A DNA stretch of 32,000 nt from Candidatus Hermodarchaeota archaeon (GTDB lineage Archaea > Asgardarchaeota > Heimdallarchaeia > Hodarchaeales > Hodarchaeaceae), in NCBI GenBank assembly GCA_048886185.1, contig JBHLKY010000014.1, positions 60,001 through 92,000 of the forward strand, given 5' to 3'. Positions 18,600-27,926 of this stretch are shown one piece after another. The position numbers and the translations under genes are program-made. Below the pieces are notes generated by a model. The model saw only the letters and a program-made list of their open reading frames with translations. It did no database searches and was not told where the DNA came from. Position 1 is the stretch's first letter. Every line of letters starts with the position of its first letter.

Positions 18600-18854
18600 T
18601 TAATCGATTTTTATCTTATAATACTTCCTTTTAGGTTTTTTAGGAGGAGTTTCATTCTCTTGTCGTGATTTATAGGGTTGAGGGTGACTGAATTGTTTTT
18701 CAATGTTTCTAGCAGTCATTTGAGAGATTTTAGAGTTGATTAATTGTAATTCAGAGGTATTAGGACGATATTTTTTTAAAATCTCTTGAAATTCTCGGAG
18801 AATCAAGTTGACCTTGTCTTTTTCGATTGACATGACACATATCTCACAAGTCAC
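18600..18854 (-). CDS. Small hypothetical protein (N-terminal CxxC, basic C-terminus)
   Basis: 84-aa ORF filling an otherwise empty gap; no recognisable family. Confidence 0.45.
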   Translation of the reverse strand: MTCEICVMSIEKDKVNLILREFQEILKKYRPNTSELQLINSKISQMTARNIEKQFSHPQPYKSRQENETPPKKPKRKYYKIKID

Positions 18855-19062
18855 AGTGATAAAAAAGGCTTTTGATATCTTTTTCGCCTTTTATGGAAAG
18901 GTTGATAGTAGCTTTCTTAAAAGCCCAGTCATGAGCATTTAAATCAATCTAGACCATTTCAATAAAGGATATTACACTATTTTGATTCATTAATTATACA
19001 ACATGAAAGTATCGATATAATTCGTCTTCATAATTCATAATAAGCATAGGTAATCTAATAAA

Positions 19063-21507
19063 GTGAAAAAAATGCCTAAATTTACTATTGAAGAAGCTGA
19101 AAAATTGCTTATCAACCGAAAATTTGTTCGTAATCTTGGTGTGATCGCCCATATAGACCACGGTAAATCTACACTAACTGATTCCCTCCTTGCAGCCTGT
19201 GGACTTCTAGCTGAAAAGATTGCTGGAGAAGCTCGAGCTACAGATACCCGAGAAGACGAACAAGAGCGCGGGATAACAATTAAAACGACAGGAATTTCAC
19301 TGGTTCATGAATTTGATCAAAAAACATATCTTATTAATCTTCAAGACACCCCTGGGCATGTTGATTTCTCAGGTGAAGTTACTTCTGCTTTACGAGTAGT
19401 CGATGGCGCTCTAGTTCTCGTCGACGCTGTAGAGGGAGTTATGGTTCAAACTGAAGTTGTTACTCAACAAGCTCTAGCTGAACGAGTTCGTCCCGTTTTG
19501 ATAATCAACAAAGTCGACCGTCTAATTACTGAAATGCGAATGTCACCCGAAGACGCCTATGAGAAGTTTAAAACAATTATAAATGAGTTTAATATTCTCA
19601 TAGAAACATATGCACCCCCAGAATATAAGAAAATTTGGCGAGTAGATCCTCGACAAGGTACAGTAGCTTTTGGTTCGGCAATCCATCGTTTTGGATTAAC
19701 AATTCCAGCTTTAGCGAAAATTTGGCATGAAAAAACAAGCCAGCCAACTGAAGTACTGATCAAAAACCTCTGGATGAAAAATAACTTTGTAAATGGGGTT
19801 CTAAAACCAACTTATGAAATATATCAAAAAGCGGAAGACAATGATCTAGATTCCCTTAAAAAAGTAGCAAAACAATTAGAACTGCGCATCGACGAAGAAG
19901 TATGGCTTGAACCTCCAAAAAGAATAGCTAAAGCGTTATTAGAAAAATGGCTTCCTGTAGAGAAAGCTGTTTTAGACATGGTTGTCCAATTTTGCCCCTC
20001 ACCTATTGAAGCCCAGAACTATCGATTTAAAAGTTTTTGGAAAGGAAAATTTGATACACCTGAAGGAAAATCGATGTTAGAATGCGATGAAAATGGACCA
20101 GTCATGATAGCAATTTCTAAAATGATCCCGGGAAAAGCAAAGAGAATAATTGCAATGGGAAGGATTTTTTCTGGTACAGTAAGAACTGGGCAGAAAATTA
20201 CAGCATTACTTCCAGGATATAAACCAGGTAAGAAAGAGAGACAATTTACAACGAACGTACAGCAGGTTTCAATGCTTATGGGAGCAAAAACAGAAAAAGT
20301 TGATTCAATTCCTGCTGGGAATATTGTAGCATTGCAAGGATTACGTGGAGCTACAGCAAGTAGCACTATAACTAACCTTGAAACGACAATGCCATTTCAT
20401 GCTCTTTCTTATGCAGTTGAACCTGTTGTTACTATTGCCATAGAAGCAAAGTCTCCAAGCGAATTACCAAAATTAGCAGAAGGAATGCAGCTTATGGAGT
20501 TAGTTGATCCTTCATTGAGGACAAAAATTAATGAAGAAACAGGAGAGTATCTACTTTCAGGAACAGGGGAACTACACCTAGAAATTGCTGTTAAAGATCT
20601 TCAAGATCTTCAACATATAGAGGTGATACAAAGTGAGCCAATAGTTGTTTTCAGGGAATCTGTTAAAGGTGTATCTTATCAACAATCCTTAGCAAAGTCC
20701 CCAAATAAACATAACAGATTGTGGGTTCGCGCTGCACCACTTGATCCTACTGCTATTAGACTCATTGAGGAAGGAGTAATACATCAGTATTCAGACCGAA
20801 AAGAGATGGCTAATATACTCAGAGACGAAGCTGGATGGGATTCTAAGGAAGGAAGAAGAGTTTGGGGAATGGGCCCAGAAGAAGATGACCCGAATTTCTA
20901 TATAAATGCGACCAAAGGGGTCCAATACTTACGAGAAGTCAAAGATTATATTATTCAAGGTTTTAGGTGGGCCGCTAAGGAAGGACCTCTTTGTGGGGAA
21001 CCATTTTATGGAGTTCAGTTCCTGCTTGAAGATGTGAAACTTCATGAAGACCCAGTTCACAGGGGGGCAGGACAAATCATGCCAGTTTCCCGGAGGGCAT
21101 GCTTTGGAGCTATGTTAATGGCAGAACCCATCCTTTTAGAACCCATTTACAAAGTACAAGTACAAGTCCCAGAGCAGTACCTTGGCAATGTTTACAAGGT
21201 TCTTACCAAGAGACGAGGGAAAGTAATTGACACTCAGAAGCGAGAAGGAACACCTTTAAACGTTATTATTGCTGAGGTTCCAGTTACAGAATCATTCGGG
21301 ATTACAACAGAGTTACGTTCTGAAACTTCTGGTTTTGCTTTCAGTCAAATGGTATTTAATCATTGGGAAAAAGTACCAGGAGATCCAACTAAACCTGAAG
21401 ACGAAGGGGGTAGCTTAGCTCGTCAATTCGTAATAGCAACTCGAAAACGTAAAGGTTTTCATAATCCTCTTCCGCCCAAACCAGAGGAATATTATGATAA
21501 GTTGTGA
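19063..21507 (+). CDS. fusA: Elongation factor EF-2, long eukaryote-like form with the diphthamide His
   Basis: AHIDHGKST, RGITIK, DTPGH, NKVDR and LHEDPVHRGAGQ. It is 814 aa long and ends in EEYYDKL. The start is GTG 19063 or ATG 19072. Confidence 0.97.
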   Translation: MKKMPKFTIEEAEKLLINRKFVRNLGVIAHIDHGKSTLTDSLLAACGLLAEKIAGEARATDTREDEQERGITIKTTGISLVHEFDQKTYLINLQDTPGHVDFSGEVTSALRVVDGALVLVDAVEGVMVQTEVVTQQALAERVRPVLIINKVDRLITEMRMSPEDAYEKFKTIINEFNILIETYAPPEYKKIWRVDPRQGTVAFGSAIHRFGLTIPALAKIWHEKTSQPTEVLIKNLWMKNNFVNGVLKPTYEIYQKAEDNDLDSLKKVAKQLELRIDEEVWLEPPKRIAKALLEKWLPVEKAVLDMVVQFCPSPIEAQNYRFKSFWKGKFDTPEGKSMLECDENGPVMIAISKMIPGKAKRIIAMGRIFSGTVRTGQKITALLPGYKPGKKERQFTTNVQQVSMLMGAKTEKVDSIPAGNIVALQGLRGATASSTITNLETTMPFHALSYAVEPVVTIAIEAKSPSELPKLAEGMQLMELVDPSLRTKINEETGEYLLSGTGELHLEIAVKDLQDLQHIEVIQSEPIVVFRESVKGVSYQQSLAKSPNKHNRLWVRAAPLDPTAIRLIEEGVIHQYSDRKEMANILRDEAGWDSKEGRRVWGMGPEEDDPNFYINATKGVQYLREVKDYIIQGFRWAAKEGPLCGEPFYGVQFLLEDVKLHEDPVHRGAGQIMPVSRRACFGAMLMAEPILLEPIYKVQVQVPEQYLGNVYKVLTKRRGKVIDTQKREGTPLNVIIAEVPVTESFGITTELRSETSGFAFSQMVFNHWEKVPGDPTKPEDEGGSLARQFVIATRKRKGFHNPLPPKPEEYYDKL

Positions 21508-21585
21508 AGAAAATAGGATATTTCTATGAGCTTGACTATTGTCTATTTTCCCCTTTCTTTTTCATTCCTTGAAGAAAGTAAAAAG

Positions 21586-21712
21586 CGGATCCGGAGGGAT
21601 TTGAACCCACGACATCCTGGTTACTTCAGGTACCACCTTATCTCAGAATTTTTCAGGATGTTGGTATTACCTTCCGAAGCCAGGCGCTCTATCCATGCTG
21701 AGCCACGGATCC
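21586..21712 (-). tRNA. tRNA-Arg(UCG) with canonical 52-nt intron at 37/38 (21622-21673)
   Basis: Acceptor stem GGAUCCG/CGGAUCC and anticodon arm CCUGG-CUUCGG/A-CCAGG. The BHB has central helix CUUC/GAAG and intron stem AGGUA/UACCU. The T-stem has one U-U mismatch. Confidence 0.93.
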
Positions 21713-21787
21713 AGGTTTTTTTAAATCGTTTTTTCCAGCTATCACCTTAATCAGAGTTAGCTTTACTTCTTAAAGGCTGGAAAACAA

Positions 21788-22066
21788 TTATTGACGATCC
21801 TTTCGCTCATCCTCGGCCCTAATTTTGACATGATGCCTGTGAATTGCACATGAGACACAATAATACCTCACATACGGAACACGAGCAATATGGGTGCCTT
21901 GTTGCCGCAATTCTTTACCTACTGCATAATCGACAAGAGTTTTATAGCTCGTTTTCCGTTTAGCTTTATCACGTGGTATCATACGATTACAAGAAGAACA
22001 TTGAACCTTTGCAAGAGTACCTTTTTTGCCCTTACTTCGTCCACCAGACTTACGTTTCTTACCCAA
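21788..22066 (-). CDS. rps26e: Ribosomal protein S26e
   Basis: KRKSGGRSK, VQCSSC..IPRDKA and YYCVSCAIH. TTG start with GAGG upstream. Confidence 0.95.
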   Translation of the reverse strand: MGKKRKSGGRSKGKKGTLAKVQCSSCNRMIPRDKAKRKTSYKTLVDYAVGKELRQQGTHIARVPYVRYYCVSCAIHRHHVKIRAEDERKDRQ

Positions 22067-22314
22067 TGAGCAAACCTCATATATTAACGAAAAAATTCCA
22101 TATTAACGCTTTCAGAATGCATTAATTAATTTTTTATGAGAATTCATTTTTAATTAAATACATTTGATTAATTTGATGATCTTCTTATCTTACACTTTTT
22201 TGCTCTCTTTGATTGTTCTTTTGAATTTTACTGAAATCTAGTAACATACCATCAAATTAAACAACTTTTTATTACACTAATTGATGGTTAGGGCATAAAT
22301 CACTAATAATTTTA

Positions 22315-22971
22315 CTAAAAATTATTTTCTAGAGAGGTCATCTTTTTGGTAAGAAAAATGGCTAAATTCTCTAGATTGAGCCTGAAAGCTTGGTTTTGCG
22401 AAAAAAAAGGAGATATAAGCTGAAATTCTTGTTGAATATAATGATAAAGATAATTTTGGACTTTTTTCAACTGTTTAATATAGTCATTTGAGTAACGTTC
22501 TGTCATCGTAAGGAGTTCTGAGGTTAATTCGATAAATTGAGGTGCCTCATCTTTTTGAAGCATCTCTTGATATATTAAATCATATAAACGTTCTTGATCC
22601 TCATTTTTCATATTAAAAATAAAAAAACTGGGAAAAGGTAACAACATAAAAACCATTATATAGCTAAGTGATCCAAAATTCAGTTCAAACTGGGTGAGAC
22701 TTGAATCAGGGATGATCAATGCCCCTAGCAAAATATTTACTATCGTTATTATTGTAGCATGAAATGTTCCTTGACTAATCCAATATAACTTACCTGCTAA
22801 TTGGTAAAGGGGATTTGTCGCAGAGAATCGCATACTTTTGAAACATAGAACCGTGTATATGAATAAAGTCCACGGTATAATGAGAATGAGTAATAAAAAA
22901 CCATTTACTGAGATTACAACTCCTATGAATATAAAGTTTAGTAAGAGAACCAAGAGAAAAAGGGATGGCAT
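22315..22971 (-). CDS. Hypothetical membrane protein (about 4 N-terminal TMs, soluble helical C-terminus)
   Basis: Hydrophobic first 120 aa; starts 32 bp after the roadblock gene on the same strand. Confidence 0.6.
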   Translation of the reverse strand: MPSLFLLVLLLNFIFIGVVISVNGFLLLILIIPWTLFIYTVLCFKSMRFSATNPLYQLAGKLYWISQGTFHATIITIVNILLGALIIPDSSLTQFELNFGSLSYIMVFMLLPFPSFFIFNMKNEDQERLYDLIYQEMLQKDEAPQFIELTSELLTMTERYSNDYIKQLKKVQNYLYHYIQQEFQLISPFFSQNQAFRLNLENLAIFLTKKMTSLENNF

Positions 22972-23003
22972 TGAAATAATTTCCGTGAGAAGGATTTTGA
23001 TAG

Positions 23004-23462
23004 CTAACTCAACAAATCCTTAAGTTCTGAGACGAGACTGGAGATATCTTTCTCTTCTTCCTTAAAGATTTCAGGTATTTTACGACTGTAACGACGTAAC
23101 ACTCTAATGGCTAATCCTAAGGAGTGTGCTTCATTGGAAGCACCAATTAAAATGAAATCTTCAGCTGAACTTAACACAGTGTAACCTTTTTCACCACGAA
23201 CTAAGACTTCCCATAAATGACCATGATCCATTCTATCTACAACCATCCCACCGGTAGAGAGTACGGCTGCAGATAATGCAGAGAAAAGATCGGGATCGGC
23301 ATCCTTCTCAGAGAAAAATGCAACACTCATTCCAGTTCGGGTAACTAACGCTAATGCTTCAAGATCCGCATACCGAACTATTTCTTGCAATAATTTGATT
23401 AATTTCTTCTTTTGTTCTACTGTAAGTGCAAAAGCCATTTTTCCACCTTCAAAGAAACCCAT
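23004..23462 (-). CDS. Roadblock/LC7 (MglB/LAMTOR2-like) protein
   Basis: ALALVTRTG, DLFSALSAAVL, EVLVRGEKGYTVL and LGL pattern, with a short C-terminal helical extension. Confidence 0.85.
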   Translation of the reverse strand: MGFFEGGKMAFALTVEQKKKLIKLLQEIVRYADLEALALVTRTGMSVAFFSEKDADPDLFSALSAAVLSTGGMVVDRMDHGHLWEVLVRGEKGYTVLSSAEDFILIGASNEAHSLGLAIRVLRRYSRKIPEIFKEEEKDISSLVSELKDLLS

Positions 23463-23610
23463 AAAGTACTAGGACACGTTATTGTTCCATGTGGAAGATA
23501 GAACTGGGTTTCTGGTTGTTACGACAGTTATTCTTTGGTAATAAAATTAACCTTTACCAAAAATTTAAACCTTACTGTATTTCCTCCTAGATTCATCTAG
23601 GCTGATTGCA

Positions 23611-24597
23611 GTGAGAAAGCAGCATATTACCATAGCTCTTGGCCAAATGGTATTAGATAACGTAATTCACGATTTTCAAGACTTTCCTCAAACCAAGGTA
23701 CAGAAAAGTCTCTTATTAGGAGGGCCACCCTCTTTTGCAGGAATTGTGGGTTTAATTCTTTCAAAAATATACACTTGGTTGCCTCCTCCACTAGTTTACG
23801 CTTATGCTTGCCCCAAAGCCATTACACTTATCAAAAATATTCCTGATTATAGTTTAATTTTGACTAATATAAAATTGCATTCAAATTGCCCTCATTTTCA
23901 ATTAGAATACTCAAATGAAAAACAGGGAAGAACTCTGTTTTTAGAAAATTCCCCAATTCAATTTAATCCATATAATTTCAATTGGAAGTTCGGGGAATCT
24001 CTTCCTACTACTATAATAGGCTCTGTTTATCATGAATTTACTAATCCAGAGATATTTACTTTTCTCCGAGATAAGTGTTCCTACATAGCTTTCGATGCCC
24101 AAGGTTGTTTCCGTCAGCGCACACAAGAAGGAAAAATAGTATTCCGTGACTGGTGGGACCTTAGAATTATCGAAAATATCGATTGTCTAAAAATTTCAGA
24201 AACAGAAGCGAAATTCATGAATTTAGGAGCTCATCCTTACGAAATCATTTCAAAAGTTTTGGAAACAAATGTTTCATCTGTTCTTTTCACCCGTGGTAAA
24301 CATGGTTCTATCCTAGGTACTAAAAACAGAAATCGAGGGGAGATTCAGCTATATGAAGTCCCTACATTTACAGAAGGTACAATTGTTGATGAAACGGGAG
24401 CAGGTGATGTTTTCCTTTATAGTTATGTCATCCATTTTCAATCTTTTAATGATGAACTAAACGCAGTTGCATTTGCTACAAGTGTAACTTCTCTTTTCAT
24501 CGAGCAAAATAGATTTCAGGCAGAATTCTCGGAAAAAAAGATTCAATTTCGGCAAAGAAAAATCAAAGCAAATATTACTGAATTTTTGAGGTTGTAA
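23611..24597 (+). CDS. PfkB/ribokinase-family kinase
   Basis: GGPP N-terminal motif, FDAQG, LKISETE, TRGKHG and the DETGAGDVF signature. Confidence 0.85.
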   Translation: MRKQHITIALGQMVLDNVIHDFQDFPQTKVQKSLLLGGPPSFAGIVGLILSKIYTWLPPPLVYAYACPKAITLIKNIPDYSLILTNIKLHSNCPHFQLEYSNEKQGRTLFLENSPIQFNPYNFNWKFGESLPTTIIGSVYHEFTNPEIFTFLRDKCSYIAFDAQGCFRQRTQEGKIVFRDWWDLRIIENIDCLKISETEAKFMNLGAHPYEIISKVLETNVSSVLFTRGKHGSILGTKNRNRGEIQLYEVPTFTEGTIVDETGAGDVFLYSYVIHFQSFNDELNAVAFATSVTSLFIEQNRFQAEFSEKKIQFRQRKIKANITEFLRL

Positions 24598-25300
24598 TTG
24601 GTCTAATTCCATGTTTATCAAATTCAATTGGAAATACCTTTGAATCAACACCTAGTAGTTTCTTTATGCCTAATACCCTTTCATATAACCTCGTTTCAGT
24701 ATTAAGAGTCATAGCAAATTCTAATACAACATCACTGTAGTGAGAAAAGATACTTTCAACATCATTACCATGAACTCCGCGAACCATAGTAAGAAAATGC
24801 CACCCATTTGATCCTTTAATTATGGCAGAGTATTCATTAAGAAACCGTAGAACTGATTTCATGCTTGATTGAATTAGCATGAATGTCACGCTATTGACCA
24901 CTGAATCGAAAGAAGAAATTATCTTATCACTTTTATATTCATTAATTTTACGAAAAAAATTGTGAGAAATAATATTTACTGCATCTCCCTCCCATAAAGT
25001 TGAGGGCGTTTTTGATTGGTTTTTTCTTGTTGAAGGACTTAGATCATTGAAAAACCAAGTGAGATGATCGAATTTCCATCCAAAAGTAGCTAAATCACGC
25101 CGAATCTCACTTTCAGGCCTATCAAGTGAATTATATATAGCAGGAACGCCACTCTTAGCGCGTGTAATTAAGAGTTGGTGCATAAAGGTGATGAAACCTG
25201 ACCCAGGATCCCCTATTATCAATATAAGGGAGTCCCGTGGGATTCCTGTAATGAACTCATCTATTACTGGTACACCAAGTGGAATTAGTTCCCTACTCAT
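24575..25300 (-). CDS. KaiC/RAD55-like RecA-fold protein with degenerate Walker motifs
   Basis: G...ID..ITGIPR.SLILIIGDPGSGFIT, SDVVLEF, R.L.IKKL and F.KHGI. The Walker A Lys is absent. Confidence 0.75.
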   Translation of the reverse strand: MSRELIPLGVPVIDEFITGIPRDSLILIIGDPGSGFITFMHQLLITRAKSGVPAIYNSLDRPESEIRRDLATFGWKFDHLTWFFNDLSPSTRKNQSKTPSTLWEGDAVNIISHNFFRKINEYKSDKIISSFDSVVNSVTFMLIQSSMKSVLRFLNEYSAIIKGSNGWHFLTMVRGVHGNDVESIFSHYSDVVLEFAMTLNTETRLYERVLGIKKLLGVDSKVFPIEFDKHGIRPITTSKIQ

Positions 25301-25395
25301 ACAATATTTCCCAACAATAAATTTCAGAGATAAAAATTATTAAAAATCTAATTTTTTCAGTTATTCATATATCATGTAAATGGGATCTCTTTTTG

Positions 25396-25614
25396 CTATT
25401 CGATTTTAATAAAAAGAATATTATTTCCACGGAGGAACGCTCGCCCATAACGTTTACTGATTTTTCCCTCTTCAACTTCAGAACAGTCCTCCAAAATCAG
25501 ATTCATATATTGATCCGTGATTCTAAGGCGTCCAGTGTAAAGTTGATTACTCTTGAGCTGAACAGTTATTATTTTCCCCACAGACTTTTCTAATGTTTGT
25601 AATGGCTGCGACAT
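25396..25614 (-). CDS. Sm/Lsm protein
   Basis: Sm1 motif G.L...DQYMNLILED and Sm2 motif YGRAFLRGNNILFI. Confidence 0.93.
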   Translation of the reverse strand: MSQPLQTLEKSVGKIITVQLKSNQLYTGRLRITDQYMNLILEDCSEVEEGKISKRYGRAFLRGNNILFIKIE

Positions 25615-25721
25615 CGTTCTGATACCTCATTGGCGATTTATTGAAGGAAATCCAGTTGGTTGAGTCTTTAAAAATATTAATTCTATAAATTTTTCTTCGG
25701 TGTAGCTAGATCTTTGGAGAG

Positions 25722-27926
25722 TCATTCTTCTTCAGAGGGATTTTCTATTTTTTCTTCATATTCAGGATAGTATTGTGCTATGTAATCTTCCTTGAAATCA
25801 TTTAGAAGTCTATCAATATCTAAATCAGTTTTCATTTTTGATACAGTTGAATTTTTTGCTTTTGAAATTAGTCTCATTCTTTTTTGACGAAGATTTTCAC
25901 GAAGTTTTAGTTCTTGTTTCCTGATCTCTTCTTTAATGCCTACATCTGTCAAGTAAAGACCATCATAGACCCATAATTCTAGCTTTGGATGGTTTATATC
26001 CTGACTCCGTAATGAAAAATCTCGGAGAGGTAATTGAAGACAGGGTACACAATTATTTTCAAACTGACCCAGAGCTTGATCAGAAAACTGAGCTGAATTT
26101 TCTGGAATGATTATCCCTCTAATTCCAATATCAATCATTTTCTGAGCGGTTTGAGCTCCACCACCGCTTGGATCAAGGACTAACACAATATCTCCATCAT
26201 TTAAACCATAAGCCTTTTCCGTTTCTCGTATTGCAGAGTCAGAGAAGGTTCTTATGACCTTCAATGGTATTTCTCTTCCTTGCACCCAGAAATTCTTTAT
26301 TTGTTTTAGCTTATCCATTTCTTGTTGGTTTTGGCGAAGAGTTCGTCTGAGTTCCTGATTCTCTTCTCTAATTCTCCCCACCTCACGATTTATAGCTGTT
26401 GAAATCCGTTTTTGTATCACATCAGATTGTTTCAACTGTTCTCTTTCGTATTTATCTTTCCATTGTTTCATTTTTGTCATCATTTCTCTTGATTGATTTC
26501 TCCAGAACAATACCTCTTTGTCCAACTTGTCCATTTCTTCGTAAATCGCTTCAATTTTAGCTTGTAACATTTCATTCTCGTGTTTTATAGAAACAGTTAG
26601 TTGATCTTGATCTTCTTCAGCCTCGATGCTTTTCTGGGTTCTTATTTTCCCATGTATCATCTGAATTGCATTAGAAATGCTATTTCCTGCAATGACAAGT
26701 CTTTGAATCTCAGATAATTTTGACAGTAATTCGGGATGTGAATCTTGAACGAGGTTATTAATCTTATCTAACTGCTCTTTCATTGAATTATAAGCTTTAA
26801 CTGCTCCGAAAAGGGCATCTCGCTCATGGGAATTCAAATGACTATAATTAACTGTAATATCTCTATAATCGTGTAAATATTCCCGCTTAGCGGCCGCAGA
26901 TACAAGAACAGTAGGAGAAATTAACTTCGCTCCGGTAATCTTTGCAATTTTCTCAACAGTTGCGGGGATCGGGATCACATCTGCAGCAACACAACATATC
27001 TTGCCATATTTAGATACAATTCTAATGATTTCAGAAATCCCACATTCTCGTTTAGACTTTAAATATAGAACATTTCCTTTCATCAAATCAATAACAGCAA
27101 TTCCAGTTGTTGTACCTGGATCCACTCCTAAAATTATGTTCTTGAGCGAACGACTAGTTGGTGCAATATTAATATCAAGTGGTTGAAAATCCAGATTTGA
27201 TTTAGTGATTCGTTCAAGGTTTACTCGCACAAGTTCTGTTGTTAGAGGTTTAATCAAAGCTTGAATTTCAGGAATCAATTCTTTTTCAAGCAATGCTATG
27301 TAAACGCGACGCTGAGGATATTCAAACACTTCCCATGTTATTTTCTTTTCACGAAGGATTCCCTCAACCTCGTCTGCTGCATGGGTAACGGCTGCACGAC
27401 TAATTCGTTCAAAACGTGGAGCTGACCAACCGCCCCGACCATGTTTCTTCTTTTTAGAAATTCGTATCCGTATTTCTTCTTCAAAAGCCAATATTTCATG
27501 TCCAACATGTTTTTGGCACAAACGTGCACAAATCTCTGCTGTTTCCAGTGAATTAAGCTTTTGAGAATTAAAAGGAAAACTAAGTTCTTTTTTTAACCGG
27601 TGTTTTCGGATTAAAGTTGTAATTTTTTCCATGCCAGTCCGTGGTGACCCAGTAACTTGGACAAGCATAACTTTTGGAGGAATTTTTTGAAGAAATCGTG
27701 TGATACCTTTGGCACTTGGAGATAGCTCAAAAATATTATCCATCGCAATATAATCAGGTTTTATGTCATAAATCTTCTTGAATAGTGTTTTTCGGCTCAA
27801 TTTTGAGTATTTATCTAGATGATCTTGTGTAAGCACGACAAGAGAGAAAATGGATCCCTTACCTGCTGTATTAGAACGAGCGAGGATATCTAGTCCAAAA
27901 ATAATAGATGAGTCTCTCATAATCAC
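25722..27926 (-). CDS. DUF460/COG2433 protein (RNase H-like domain plus long coiled coil)
   Basis: GLDIL N-terminus, RGGWSAPRF, ILGVDPGTTTGIA, HERDAL, coiled coil and DPSGGG. Its GTG start overlaps the RIO2 TGA stop. Confidence 0.8.
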   Translation of the reverse strand: MIMRDSSIIFGLDILARSNTAGKGSIFSLVVLTQDHLDKYSKLSRKTLFKKIYDIKPDYIAMDNIFELSPSAKGITRFLQKIPPKVMLVQVTGSPRTGMEKITTLIRKHRLKKELSFPFNSQKLNSLETAEICARLCQKHVGHEILAFEEEIRIRISKKKKHGRGGWSAPRFERISRAAVTHAADEVEGILREKKITWEVFEYPQRRVYIALLEKELIPEIQALIKPLTTELVRVNLERITKSNLDFQPLDINIAPTSRSLKNIILGVDPGTTTGIAVIDLMKGNVLYLKSKRECGISEIIRIVSKYGKICCVAADVIPIPATVEKIAKITGAKLISPTVLVSAAAKREYLHDYRDITVNYSHLNSHERDALFGAVKAYNSMKEQLDKINNLVQDSHPELLSKLSEIQRLVIAGNSISNAIQMIHGKIRTQKSIEAEEDQDQLTVSIKHENEMLQAKIEAIYEEMDKLDKEVLFWRNQSREMMTKMKQWKDKYEREQLKQSDVIQKRISTAINREVGRIREENQELRRTLRQNQQEMDKLKQIKNFWVQGREIPLKVIRTFSDSAIRETEKAYGLNDGDIVLVLDPSGGGAQTAQKMIDIGIRGIIIPENSAQFSDQALGQFENNCVPCLQLPLRDFSLRSQDINHPKLELWVYDGLYLTDVGIKEEIRKQELKLRENLRQKRMRLISKAKNSTVSKMKTDLDIDRLLNDFKEDYIAQYYPEYEEKIENPSEEE

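Noticed and set aside
21526-21750. 74-aa ORF in the track
   Set aside because: It is antisense to tRNA-Arg and has no protein features.
21731-21787. Inverted repeat TTTTCCAGC/GCTGGAAAA followed by ACA (H/ACA-like)
   Set aside because: There is no convincing K-turn or pseudouridylation pocket at the required 14-16 nt spacing. It may be a simple hairpin after rps26e.
22174-22234. TGATGA...CTGA pair on the plus strand
   Set aside because: The interior is T-rich and low-complexity, with no convincing C'/D' boxes and no recognisable rRNA complement.
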